From the NCBI GenBank assembly GCA_963727825.1, contig CAVSHO010000009.1, positions 224,001 through 288,000 on the forward strand: 64,000 nt of DNA. Reading direction: 5' to 3'. The stretch is from Ignavibacteriota bacterium. GTDB lineage: Bacteria > Bacteroidota > Ignavibacteria > UBA10030. The position numbers and the translations under genes are program-made. Positions 10,331 through 20,971 of the stretch are shown here, piece after piece; the stretch's first letter is position 1, and every line of letters begins with the position of its first letter. The notes under the pieces are model-generated. The model searched no databases. It worked only from the letters and a program-made list of their open reading frames with translations, and was not told the origin of the DNA.

Positions 10331-13026
10331 TACCCGAGGTTCTGTGCAAGATGGACAATGAATTTTAGATACGAACTCAGAGCAAAGACTGAATCGTAAT
10401 AAAAGAACAGTCCGCCTAAAAGAATAATGCAGATGAGAATTCCGCCGGCATATGTTTTCCCGGGACTCAGATCGTACATTACCGAAATTCCCTTAAGCAC
10501 CCGTAAAAATGTCCAGAAGAGAAAGAGGAAAATAAGTACGAGTGATGGGAGTACATATGAAGCATTTTCCATAATTTTGAATATACTCATTGCGAGCGGG
10601 CTTAAGAAAATAATGGGAGCCGCGCCCCAAACAGTTACAGAATACATATGAATCCATGAGACTTGCACTTTTACAAATATCGCAATAAACTTCATCAACA
10701 GAGCAAGAACTACTCCGAGGAAAAAGAATAGACAAGTCAATGCTACAATGCCGGCAAATGGATGCCACGTTGCACGAATGAATTGATCTTTCACATAATC
10801 TATCGCGCAAAGATAAGTGATAATATAATCTGCAAATCTATCTGCGCGAAAATGGTACATTATGCTGGACAACAAACCTGCAAGTGTAATTGAGACGGCG
10901 CCGGAAAGAATGAGGGTGTGTCCGATGGAAACTGAATGCAAATCACGTAAATCTACAAAAAAATTATAAGATCGGATCAGCGCACGTTCTAAACTTTCAG
11001 CAAACCTACGATTCGTATACTCGTAGCCGATAAGAACAATTACTAATAACCCGACGAGTACATGCACCCAAGGAAAGTTCATTCGGTAATTACCTGCAGG
11101 AATAGCAGTGATTCGTTCTTCATTATAGAGTACACGAACAACTTCATACGCCAAGCGTTTCTCCCGCGCCGAACTAAGCAACCCGACAGGATGAAGATAA
11201 TGATCACCGAGTCCGAAGTTGAGTAGAGGGCGATCACCGCGCCAATCTGTTAGGGCCGACACAAAACTGCCTGCAGCGTTTGATTCCTTTATTGCGGTAT
11301 AATATTGGATAAAGAACCGCGCTTGTGCTTCTTGTGACATCGGATCGCTATAACCATTCCGGTTATTTTGCTCAACTTCTTTTCCATAACTGAGCACGAC
11401 CAATGGTTGACTGGGATGATTTTTTTTCCATTCCGATAACATCTGTCGAAAAGTTTTCAAATCACACTGGGGCAAAGTGATACCGACAAAATCCACTCCG
11501 GACGTGCAAACATCATTCTTCAACATAGATGAACCGTAATAAACAGGACGATCATCAAGCTGATGAATCACTCCAGATATTTTTTTTACAAACCCCAGGG
11601 CTTGTTCGTCTGCAGAATCAAACTGATTTCCAATACCCCACGCAAGCACACATGGATATGCGCCATCCCGTTCTATCATATCCCGTATTTGAATTTCCGC
11701 CATTGACTGGAAATCTTCTTCGTCTAATACTTGCGCCGGTACATTCCATACGGGCAATTCTTCGATAACAAGCAATCCATAGCGGCTGCAGAGATTAAGC
11801 ATATACGGATGCGGAGGATGAAATGCAAACCGAACTGCATTCGCTCCCAGCGATTTGATAAGAACGACGTCCTTCTCCATCTGTTCATATGAAAGAGACG
11901 CTCCAAATTTCGGCGAGTCTTCCTGCCAAACGACACCTTTCAACTTTATTTTGTTGCCATTAAGCACAAATGCATTGCCTACAATACTTATAGATGTAAA
12001 ACCCATATTCAAATTGTACTGGTCAACTATTGTTCTTTGCTTTCCTTCAACGGAAATGATGCTTGTTTTGAGAATATATAGCTCTGGATTCTCCGGACTC
12101 CAAAGCTTTGGTCCGTTCACCGTGAGTGCGAGCTGGACATCCGTATTTTTATTTGATTCAAGTGTAAGAGACGCTGACATTCCTTGTGCGATGAGAAGAT
12201 CCGAGAACCGTTCGTGCAGTTCAGCGTTTATAAAGTAAGAAGGTCGCTTTAATTTCAATGAAAGCGAATCTCGACTCAGCGGCGCGAACTGTTTATTGCT
12301 CAATACGCATTCAAGCCGAACAGCCGCTTGTCCCATCTGATCATTCAAGTTTGTATGAAGGTGGATGCGATCCACCCAGAGCCGTGGTGTTGCCAGCAAA
12401 TAGACATCGCGTAAAATACCACCGTAATTTTTCCATCCCCAAATTTGCTTCCATACCGGGAGCGTGTTACGGGCGCTCAATTTATTACTCACTACTACTT
12501 TGACTACATTTTCCTGTCCAATCTGCAATGCATCATCCGGCACATCAAACTCAAAACTTGTATAACCACCAACATGTTTCCCGATGAATATTTCATTAAT
12601 ATAAATTTCGCATTCGTAATTAATTCCAAGCGCCACAAACTTGAATACAAATTTTTTGAGAAACTCTTCGCTTACTGTGAAGGAACGGTGTAACGTTACC
12701 TGTCCTTCATAAGCCATCGAACTTGGAATTCCGATATCTTGCCAAATATCGCCACTGATAGAATATTGCCAAGTTCCCGCCAAGTCAATTTTTTTGCGTG
12801 TCGGTGAATCTATATGCATTCCTGCATCTAACCCCTCGAGCGTTGGCTGACCATTTGTAAGAATCAATGGCTGCGATTTTACAATGGTGCTAAGACTCGG
12901 AATGAGGGAAAGGACGAGGAATGCGAAAAAAATACGGTAAATATGAGGTTTTTTTGCCAATTTAATGAATTTGATGTACGAGGAAGTCGACTTCATCGAA
13001 CCTCGATAAAGCCAGGTTGCCGTCAT
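10330..13026 (-). CDS. GH2-fold (beta-glucuronidase-like) exported domain, apparently non-catalytic, fused to a C-terminal multi-pass (Yip1-like) membrane domain
   Basis: HVGGYTSFEFD, NYGGILRDVYL, PKLWSPENPELY, LIKSLGANAVR. Catalytic motifs read WGIGNQ and VVLSYG. About 6 hydrophobic segments in the last ~250 aa and a signal-like N-terminus; true start may be slightly downstream. Confidence 0.85.
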   Translation of the reverse strand: MTATWLYRGSMKSTSSYIKFIKLAKKPHIYRIFFAFLVLSLIPSLSTIVKSQPLILTNGQPTLEGLDAGMHIDSPTRKKIDLAGTWQYSISGDIWQDIGIPSSMAYEGQVTLHRSFTVSEEFLKKFVFKFVALGINYECEIYINEIFIGKHVGGYTSFEFDVPDDALQIGQENVVKVVVSNKLSARNTLPVWKQIWGWKNYGGILRDVYLLATPRLWVDRIHLHTNLNDQMGQAAVRLECVLSNKQFAPLSRDSLSLKLKRPSYFINAELHERFSDLLIAQGMSASLTLESNKNTDVQLALTVNGPKLWSPENPELYILKTSIISVEGKQRTIVDQYNLNMGFTSISIVGNAFVLNGNKIKLKGVVWQEDSPKFGASLSYEQMEKDVVLIKSLGANAVRFAFHPPHPYMLNLCSRYGLLVIEELPVWNVPAQVLDEEDFQSMAEIQIRDMIERDGAYPCVLAWGIGNQFDSADEQALGFVKKISGVIHQLDDRPVYYGSSMLKNDVCTSGVDFVGITLPQCDLKTFRQMLSEWKKNHPSQPLVVLSYGKEVEQNNRNGYSDPMSQEAQARFFIQYYTAIKESNAAGSFVSALTDWRGDRPLLNFGLGDHYLHPVGLLSSAREKRLAYEVVRVLYNEERITAIPAGNYRMNFPWVHVLVGLLVIVLIGYEYTNRRFAESLERALIRSYNFFVDLRDLHSVSIGHTLILSGAVSITLAGLLSSIMYHFRADRFADYIITYLCAIDYVKDQFIRATWHPFAGIVALTCLFFFLGVVLALLMKFIAIFVKVQVSWIHMYSVTVWGAAPIIFLSPLAMSIFKIMENASYVLPSLVLIFLFLFWTFLRVLKGISVMYDLSPGKTYAGGILICIILLGGLFFYYDSVFALSSYLKFIVHLAQNLG

Positions 13027-13055
13027 CTATAACGGCATCGCCCAAAATCATATTA

Positions 13056-13084
13056 ATATAATACAAAAAACCAGCGAAAGCAAT
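13056..13084 (-). promoter_or_regulatory. Putative sigma70 promoter of the GH2-like/smc/lpx operon
   Basis: TTGCTT-N17-TATATT on the minus strand. Confidence 0.5.
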
Positions 13085-13229
13085 GGAATTTCAGTACAAT
13101 TAGTGGTTTCTATGACGAATGTTTATTATGATTTCAGAGAAAACTGACATCGAATAAAATCAATTCTTAAGTTACGTTGAATTAATATCAACAAAAGCTG
13201 ACTTAGCGTACAGAAAGTGAGATGTTTTT

Positions 13230-15794
13230 ATGACTCGACCGATTCTTTCCTACACAGTTGCTCCTTCAATTCCAAAAGAACTTCAATGTCTTCAATCAAT
13301 TGCATATAATCTGCTTTGGGTGTGGGATCACGAATTGATGGAACTTTTTATGCGAATTGATTTGGATTTATGGGAACTCACAAATCGCAATCCTGTACAA
13401 ATGTTAGGTATGATTAAGCAGGAACGATTAAACACATTGATGCGAGATGATGCGTTTCTCGCTCAAGTGGAACGTGCATGGCGGCGTTTTACCGAATATC
13501 AGGATAACAAATCGAGCTGGTTTCTTAAAACTCATCCTGCAGAAAAAGACGTTTGCTTTGCATATTTCTCAGCAGAGTTTGGATTGACCGAGTGTCTGCA
13601 AAATTATTCCGGCGGACTGGGAATCCTTTCCGGCGATCACTTGAAAGCTGCCAGTGATTTAGGACTGCCGCTCGTCGGTGTCGGATTATTATATCAGCAA
13701 GGATATTTTCGCCAATATTTGAACGCTGACGGATGGCAGCAAGAACGAAATCCGGAAAATGATTTTTATGCACTTCCACTTAAACAAGTGCTCGACCCCA
13801 ATGGAAAGCCAATGACTGTTTCAGTTGATCTTCCCGGCAGGCAAGTGTTTGCACAGATTTGGTTAGTACAAGTCGGACGTGTAAAGCTTTATCTTCTTGA
13901 TACAAATATTCCTCAAAATTCTCCGCAAGACCAAGACATAACAGATCAGTTGTATGGAGGCGATCGTGAATTGCGCATCAAACAAGAGATTCTGCTGGGA
14001 ATTGGCGGCTGTCGTGCATTGAAAGCTGTCGGATTGAAACCATCTGTATATCATTTGAATGAAGGGCATTCATCGTTCCTGACATTAGAGCATTGCCGTG
14101 AGCTAATGCAAGAGTACAAAATAAGTTTTACAGAAGCTCGCGAAGAAACAATTGCAAGCACTGTTTTCACTACACATACTCCTGTGCCTGCCGGTAATGA
14201 TTACTTTGAACCAAAGCTTGTAGAGCAATATTTCAACCAGTACTATCGGGAGTTGGGATTAACACAAGTAGAATTTCTCGCACTTGGACGCGAGAATCCA
14301 AATAACGCCGCCGAAAGTTTTTGCATGACTATTCTTGCGCTTAAAATGTCCGGACATAGCAACGGTGTAAGCAAACTGCACGGCAAAGTATCGCGAGAGA
14401 TGTGGAAGAATGTCTGGCCTGGTATTCCCGTACATGACATCCCAATTATCTCTATCACAAATGGCGTACACGCGCCATCGTGGATCAGCCGCGATATGGC
14501 TGGATTGTTTGATCGGTACCTTGGTCCCGGCTGGCGCGAAGATGCTGAACAACAATATGGATTATGGGGACGAGTGCATCATATTCCCGACGAAGAACTT
14601 TGGCGCACACACGAACGCCGACGCGAAAGACTTGTCGCCTTTGCGCGCAGCCGTCTGCGATTACAACTCGAAGCCCGTGGTGCAACTCCTTCCGAAATAG
14701 CGCAAGCAGACGAGATTCTAAATCCGGAAGCATTTACTATCGGCTTCTCTCGACGTTTCGCAACGTATAAGCGTTCGACTCTTCTTCTCCGAAATCCTGA
14801 GCGTCTTATCAATATTTTGAATAATAAGGAACGGCCTGTGCAAATTATCTTCGCAGGGAAAGCACATCCTCACGATAACCCAGGAAAAGAATTAATCCGC
14901 CAAATAATTCATTTCGAGCGCCGGCCAGAAGCGCGCAGACGAATGGTCTTTATCGAAGATTATGATATGGTCGTTGCGCGTTACCTTGTGCAAGGCGTTG
15001 ATGTGTGGCTCAATACACCGCTCCGTCCAATGGAAGCCAGCGGAACGAGCGGTATGAAAGCGACGCTAAACGGTGCAATCAACGTAAGCATCCTAGATGG
15101 CTGGTGGGCTGAAGCATGCAACTCTAACACCGGCTGGGCAATCGGCCGCGGAGAGGAATATCGCGATGAAGAGTATCAGAACGAAGTGGAATCGAACGCA
15201 CTTTTCGATCTTCTCGAAAAAGAAATCATCCCATTGTTCTATTCGCGCACAGCAGATAACCTCCCTCGTTCATGGATTAGTAAAATGAAAAGCGCTATAC
15301 GAGAAATCGGGCCAGAATACAATACCAACCGGATGGTGCGCCAGTATGCAATAGAAATGTACCTACCGGCTCTTCAACGTGCCGAAGCTCTTTCTGAAAA
15401 CAAACTTGAGCGAGCGAAGCAACTCGCCGCTTGGAAACAAAATCTTCGTAACAATTGGAACACGCTCAAAATTCTTGACATCAAGATAGATAAACACGAC
15501 GGCTTCAAAGTTGGCGATGAATGTATTGTTCACGCTCAGTTAGACTTAGGCAAATTCAAACCAGAAGACGTTTCTGTGGAAATATTTTTTGGGCCGCTCG
15601 ACGCAAAAGGCGATATTGATTCACCTAAAACATTGCCCATGCAGTTCGGTAAGAAGATAACTGATGGTACTTATGAGTTTATCGGAACCATCAAACTTGA
15701 AACAAGTGGAAGGATGGGGCACACCGTACGTATTCTGCCTAAACATCCGGATATCGACAATTCATTCCGCGAGGGACTAATACTTTGGGCGTGA
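13230..15794 (+). CDS. glgP: Alpha-glucan (glycogen) phosphorylase
   Basis: YFSAEFG, YSGGLGILSGDH, HLNEGH, FTTHTPVPAG, RRFATYKR, EASGTSGMK PLP lysine. Confidence 0.97.
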   Translation: MTRPILSYTVAPSIPKELQCLQSIAYNLLWVWDHELMELFMRIDLDLWELTNRNPVQMLGMIKQERLNTLMRDDAFLAQVERAWRRFTEYQDNKSSWFLKTHPAEKDVCFAYFSAEFGLTECLQNYSGGLGILSGDHLKAASDLGLPLVGVGLLYQQGYFRQYLNADGWQQERNPENDFYALPLKQVLDPNGKPMTVSVDLPGRQVFAQIWLVQVGRVKLYLLDTNIPQNSPQDQDITDQLYGGDRELRIKQEILLGIGGCRALKAVGLKPSVYHLNEGHSSFLTLEHCRELMQEYKISFTEAREETIASTVFTTHTPVPAGNDYFEPKLVEQYFNQYYRELGLTQVEFLALGRENPNNAAESFCMTILALKMSGHSNGVSKLHGKVSREMWKNVWPGIPVHDIPIISITNGVHAPSWISRDMAGLFDRYLGPGWREDAEQQYGLWGRVHHIPDEELWRTHERRRERLVAFARSRLRLQLEARGATPSEIAQADEILNPEAFTIGFSRRFATYKRSTLLLRNPERLINILNNKERPVQIIFAGKAHPHDNPGKELIRQIIHFERRPEARRRMVFIEDYDMVVARYLVQGVDVWLNTPLRPMEASGTSGMKATLNGAINVSILDGWWAEACNSNTGWAIGRGEEYRDEEYQNEVESNALFDLLEKEIIPLFYSRTADNLPRSWISKMKSAIREIGPEYNTNRMVRQYAIEMYLPALQRAEALSENKLERAKQLAAWKQNLRNNWNTLKILDIKIDKHDGFKVGDECIVHAQLDLGKFKPEDVSVEIFFGPLDAKGDIDSPKTLPMQFGKKITDGTYEFIGTIKLETSGRMGHTVRILPKHPDIDNSFREGLILWA

Positions 15795-15805
15795 ATGTCC
15801 TCTTC

Positions 15806-15833
15806 GTAGGGACGTTCAGCTGAACGTCCCTAC
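15806..15833. repeat. Perfect 28-bp GTAG-starting palindrome (REP-like, possible bidirectional terminator)
   Basis: GTAGGGACGTTCAG/CTGAACGTCCCTAC between two convergent genes. Confidence 0.75.
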
Positions 15834-15852
15834 AAACTTCATCTTTCTCACT

Positions 15853-18045
15853 TCAACGCTTTTTATCTTTATCGTCCGAGCTACGATTTGGCGCAGGTTT
15901 TGAATTTCTGGGAATCGATGAACGTTCGGTTGCACGCTGACGCACATTGCTATCACGGACTATTTCTTGTTTCGCCGGTGTCTCGCCAGCTTTCTTCCAG
16001 GTATTCTGATCACGTTGCTGCCAACCTTGAGAAGTGCTACGCATAATGTTGCCGTTCGGAGCTGCATAGACATTATTTTCTTTTATTGATGAACGAGTAA
16101 CAATTATCCGCCGTTCAGGTTGTGGAGCAGTAGGAGTTACTGGCCTAGCTATCGGGCGAGCTTCGGGTTGGCGCATCTCTGTCGGCGTTGTTCTCGTAAC
16201 TTCCCCTGAAGGTCTTGGAATCGCAATCGCAACCGGGCGTCTTACTCCGGATGATCTATTATCATAAAGAGTTGCAGCGTGAGTCAGACCGGAAGTACGT
16301 CTTACATCCTTAGGCGATCTAACGGCTGGTGCGCTTGAAGCTATCTGTCGGTACACCGGATGATATCCTTCACGATAGACCGGCTTCGTAGCTGGATGAT
16401 AAACCGGGCGATATTCCGCCGGACCCCACCACCCTGCATACACATCCTTTGAATGGTATGCAAACCATCCCCGTGACTGTCCCCATCCGGCGCCGAATGA
16501 CCAGCCAGTCCAAGGATCGTAGTGAACATTGAATCCCCATGTCCATGGCCGTGCATAATATTTCCTCTTGTACCATGGATGGTAATTGTACCCTGTTCCG
16601 TACACTACCGTTCTGCCATAGACATAACAACCTGTGTAACCCGCGGTGTATCCAACATACACAAAATCGGGAGTGTAATTGTAAACGCGAACATAACGGA
16701 CGTTATACACAGGGCATCGCGATGGAATTGTATAGATAACTTCAGGAACATTGATGCAGACTTCCCACGGACCAAATGGAGTCGCTCCATCAAACCATAT
16801 TCCTCTATCACAGTCATAGTATCGACCGTTAACGCGAATTATCGCTGCCGATGTATTCACTGCATAATCCATTCCAGTGTTCTCGATCTGATCGAACTGT
16901 GGATCTCCGTCATATTCAACCTGACTTGTCGCTTGTGTACGATCCACTTCTGCCATTTGTGGAATCTGTGCATCAAAAATAGCTTCTTTTGCCGGTATTG
17001 TCCCCGCAACACTCGCGAGCACATCATCGCACTCAGAGCCGGGAGGGATGTTTTTAAAATCTGCGGGCAATTTGTCTGATGCAATGAAGGCCCATGGGCC
17101 CGTTATAGACTTTGCAGTGTACCACCTTCCTGATATAAGAATGAAGCGTTGTTGCGTTTTGATCTCGAGAAACAACCGGCTTGGAGTATTACTTGCATAA
17201 AGAAGTCCAGTTCCCTGGATAGGTACAAGTTGCATGGGCCCGTCCGTGGCTATCAATTCTGTCGGTTCTGTGCTCACGACGATCTCCGGCACTTTTCCGG
17301 TCTTCGATACAATGTCATTCGCCGTCGAATCTTCATACGATTCATCATGGGATTTCATTTGATCGGAAAGATTAACAACGGGGTTCGGGGGAGTAGCAAT
17401 TTGACGCCAGGGTCCTTTTATTTGCTTCGCACTGTACCATATTTCACCTCCGCAAAGGAAGAAATTCTCCGCAGAAATATCCTGAACTAAAAAATATGGA
17501 GTATTGACGACGCGCTTCAGAGAAGTTCCCTCAACGTTTGTGAGAATCGGATCGCCGTCAATCTGAACGAGCACGGCGGGATGATTCATAACGATAATTT
17601 TGGGCGAAGTCACTTCGAGTTCGTGAGCGTTGTCTCTTTCTTTCTGTGTTGTCTCAAGGCTTTCGAGAAGCAGATCGAGCGAGAAGGTGAGATCAGAACG
17701 AGGTATCACTTCTTCCAACGCTTCAGCAATTTTTGCCGTATCTGCATCGGTTCCTTCCGGGAATCTAATCTTCCGCACTTCCATTCCTTCAAGCTTCACT
17801 GTTCTTGTCGGGCGGTCGGTAAGCACCGTGCACCTCACCCAGATCGCTCCAAACACAGGTTCATCCGTATCATTCTTGACAATGGAAACAGCGGCACGGG
17901 CTTTCAGAGAATCTCCGGAGTACGATTCGATCTGCGGTTGATACATGGTGATCGTGCCCTCTGTGCTCAATACTTCGCGAGGCCAATCGTCGGCATACAG
18001 CGATATTGTACAACATATCATAGACGCTATAAGTAAGTACTTCAT
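15853..18045 (-). CDS. Exported hypothetical protein with three NT...GxW...GPW modules and an aromatic plus Pro/Arg-rich tail
   Basis: 730-aa ORF with strong AAGGAGG RBS and signal peptide (MKYLLIASMICCTISLYA-DDWPR). Confidence 0.85.
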   Translation of the reverse strand: MKYLLIASMICCTISLYADDWPREVLSTEGTITMYQPQIESYSGDSLKARAAVSIVKNDTDEPVFGAIWVRCTVLTDRPTRTVKLEGMEVRKIRFPEGTDADTAKIAEALEEVIPRSDLTFSLDLLLESLETTQKERDNAHELEVTSPKIIVMNHPAVLVQIDGDPILTNVEGTSLKRVVNTPYFLVQDISAENFFLCGGEIWYSAKQIKGPWRQIATPPNPVVNLSDQMKSHDESYEDSTANDIVSKTGKVPEIVVSTEPTELIATDGPMQLVPIQGTGLLYASNTPSRLFLEIKTQQRFILISGRWYTAKSITGPWAFIASDKLPADFKNIPPGSECDDVLASVAGTIPAKEAIFDAQIPQMAEVDRTQATSQVEYDGDPQFDQIENTGMDYAVNTSAAIIRVNGRYYDCDRGIWFDGATPFGPWEVCINVPEVIYTIPSRCPVYNVRYVRVYNYTPDFVYVGYTAGYTGCYVYGRTVVYGTGYNYHPWYKRKYYARPWTWGFNVHYDPWTGWSFGAGWGQSRGWFAYHSKDVYAGWWGPAEYRPVYHPATKPVYREGYHPVYRQIASSAPAVRSPKDVRRTSGLTHAATLYDNRSSGVRRPVAIAIPRPSGEVTRTTPTEMRQPEARPIARPVTPTAPQPERRIIVTRSSIKENNVYAAPNGNIMRSTSQGWQQRDQNTWKKAGETPAKQEIVRDSNVRQRATERSSIPRNSKPAPNRSSDDKDKKR

Positions 18046-18520
18046 ATTCTTCCTCCTTTAGTATGCTTTATAATAGATAATCGTCATCTGAAATTCCAAT
18101 TTATATTCATTTTCAATCTTCCAGATACTCTCGCTGCACATATTAAACGTAATTGATAGCAAAAGGGTGCCTGAATTGGCAAGATAAAAAAATTTTCTTT
18201 CTATCCTTTTAGCCGTTATCGGTAATGCGACAATAGCCATACCACAATTATTTCAGCCAAAATACATCAAAACTTTATGTAGACTGTACACAAGAATAAT
18301 CACAGAGAACTGTAAAAGGGACATTGCAAATCCTTGTAACTTGTCATTACATCGGATTGTTAGACGCCGGAGTATTGATTAGGTATGGCAAGATGATCGA
18401 AGCGCTGCTAAACGCCCATAGGCATTTATTAATTGTCCAGACTATCGGATGATGCGGTGAATTGTTGATACTTTCAAAGGATCGATTTGATTTAACTACA
18501 GGATATGTTTGAAAGATATT

Positions 18521-19072
18521 TTAATTCCTTTTCCAGCTAACCCTATCTCCTTCTTTAATGACATATTTATCGGTAAAACCGGCATTTACCTCAAGTACCA
18601 AAAGTGTCATTGCGGTAGCTTGATATGCTTGCTCTGAGAATGGTGTAGTGTTTTTACAAATTGTAACAATCTCTCCAAACTTATTGATGAAAATCATATC
18701 CAGTGAAAGAATACAATTCTTCATCCAGAATGACGCCATATATTCCTCTTCGAACACGAAAAGCATACCTTGTCGTTCTTCCATCACCGATCGCCCCATC
18801 ATACCGACTTCGCGTTTGCTGTCATCGTCGGCAATTTCAATATCGATAGAAACTATCGGCTTACCATTACGATTCGTAATTGTACATTCACCCTGCTTCT
18901 TAAACATTGGAGCTACAGGTAAAGCCGATGTATCGGTTGCAGTTTTTTTGGGGATAAAAATGATAATGAGCGCAATGGCAATGGTTGCTATGGAAATTCC
19001 TATTTGCATACGACGCCTTGATTTCAGTTTAGTATCATTTTGTTGATCTGTGGAATTGATTTCTTTTGACAT
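18521..19072 (-). CDS. DUF192 domain protein with N-terminal membrane anchor
   Basis: EIADD..RE.GMM.R, GMLFVF, FWMKN, LDMIF, VLEVNAG. Confidence 0.9.
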   Translation of the reverse strand: MSKEINSTDQQNDTKLKSRRRMQIGISIATIAIALIIIFIPKKTATDTSALPVAPMFKKQGECTITNRNGKPIVSIDIEIADDDSKREVGMMGRSVMEERQGMLFVFEEEYMASFWMKNCILSLDMIFINKFGEIVTICKNTTPFSEQAYQATAMTLLVLEVNAGFTDKYVIKEGDRVSWKRN

Positions 19073-19107
19073 ATCTTTTTCATTGTTAGTGAAACAACAG
19101 TTTATAC

Positions 19108-20808
19108 TTATCGAATACTTCCCGCCGCTTTCGGAACAAGCGTAAAGCGAGGTTCAATATCTATTGGAATAGATCCGAGTTTGTCGAGTCCCTTTTGCAT
19201 TACCGGACGGACAACAGCATACTTCTCAATCAGTGCTTTGGCTTTTGAGTACGATCCTTCTGCTTCAATCGTGAGTATTTCACCGGTTAATTTACGCACA
19301 GCATTTTTAATTTTTAAGCTGTCGACGCTGAATGTACCTGCTGCTTCATCAAACTTGATTGCTCCTTCATCTGATAGAAAGTTGAATTGCATTGCAACGC
19401 CTTTGCCATGCGCTTCGTTTATACCGAACCTCACAGAACGAAACATGCTGGTAAGATAAGTTGTGTACATTTCTTCTTCCATCTTCTTATCAAGAAGTCC
19501 TTTGTCTACTAGAAATTGAAGCGCGAAGAGTCCTGTAATATCAGCTTTCGCTTCCTCGATTGCAGAATACAACTCTTTCAATTCCTGCCGGACATTTGTT
19601 TCTTTTCCGTTCATTATAATATTGTGCGGGCCTAAACCGTGCATCAGCTCGTGCGCGAGTATATGTGTAAAGAATGCGTCGAACGATAAATATTTCTGCT
19701 GCGACTGAGAAAGCACCATTTGGGAAATCGGTATAAGCACTTTGTCGAATTTTGCCTCTTGCATATTTTTCAGCATCACGCGCTTCGAACCTTTTTCGCG
19801 GATAACTCGCTCATCATTCGGTAAATTATATGCCGCTGTCTGCACTCCGCGATTTCCTTCGCCCGCCGCATAAATCACATCTACTACACGGATGGGCGAC
19901 ATAGCTGCGAGCTTTGGATTGCGATACTTTGCATCAAAGGGAAGATTGTTCTCAATATCCTGCAAGTAGCCGCTGAATTTAATCAGCTTCGCCGATTCGG
20001 CTTCATCGCGCAGCGCTACAAACACTTCGAATGCCGCCTTATAATTGAACAATTCATCCATATAAGTTTCGTACGGGCCGATAGTTAATTCAATCGGCGC
20101 ATCAAGTTCCATCCATGCAACATCGCTGGCATAATAATCGTTACTAACAAATGCATCTGCACGCGAAGTTAGAAATTTTTTCAGAGTTGCATTTTCAGTT
20201 GATTGAGCGGCTTCCATTAAGAGTTTTGCCGCAGGATCAAGCCATTCACGATATTCTTTGCTATATGGAATTGTCTGAATCTTACCGTCTTCGGTTCGTC
20301 GGATAACATAGAAGAATCCTGTTGCTTTTTCACGTTCCTTTTCATTTAATCCATTAATCCATTTTGAAAAATTTTCCTTCGTCATATTTTGCGGGATAGT
20401 AATTCGCTCCGGCTGGTTTTTCCTTCGGTGCACCATCTATGAATGGTGCATTATTATCCAATAGCGACCATGGTCCCATATTTATTCGGAAGTAATGGAG
20501 CAGTTCTTGCCCTGCCGTCGTCGAATCCATTTCTAACTTCTTCAACATTTCTGCATTGCCACTCCAGACTTGGCGAAGGAATATCGGATCCATCAATTGA
20601 GCCGCTTCAATAATTTTATTTAAAGCTTTGATATCGCCGGGAGATAGTTTGCTAATATCGGCAGAAATTTCTGTTGGGACAAAGCGAGCGATTTTTTGTT
20701 CAAGAGTCATTTGCAGTTTTTTCTTTGATAGATTCCTGTCTCTTACATGCAACAAACGAAACTGTAAGCAGGACTGCCAAGTGTGATAAATGAGATCGGA
20801 TTTTTCAT
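19108..20808 (-). CDS. Peptidase M49 (dipeptidyl peptidase III-like) lipoprotein, frameshifted near 20778, 20711 and 20395
   Basis: IGPYETYMD, AYNLPNDERV..KGSKRVMLKN, HELMH, EEAKAD. Correcting the frames gives the signal MKNPISFITLAVLLTVSFVA-C. Confidence 0.85.
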
Positions 20809-20912
20809 AACTTTTTTTCATGGAGTTGTTGAATTCATGTGTCATAAATTAATAACAATTTGAGGAATGGAGGCGGCAAAAGCAAGAAGGAAAATAAGAA
20901 TGAATACAAACG

Positions 20913-20950
20913 AAAAAGCTGGGAGAGAACGTCTAGCTCATTCCCAGCTT
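20913..20950 (-). terminator. Rho-independent terminator of the DEAD-box helicase gene
   Basis: AAGCTGGGA...TCCCAGCTT stem followed by a T run on the minus strand. Confidence 0.7.
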
Positions 20951-20971
20951 ATAACATTTTAAATCTCTTCT

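Noticed and set aside
13000-13050. Fluoride-riboswitch-like GGCGATG leader before the GH2-like gene
   Set aside because: Only a simple GCCGT..ACGGC hairpin is present. The pseudoknot partners are missing and the gene context is wrong.
18058-18240. 60-aa ORF upstream of the 730-aa gene
   Set aside because: No RBS or recognisable motif, and it overlaps the probable promoter and leader region.
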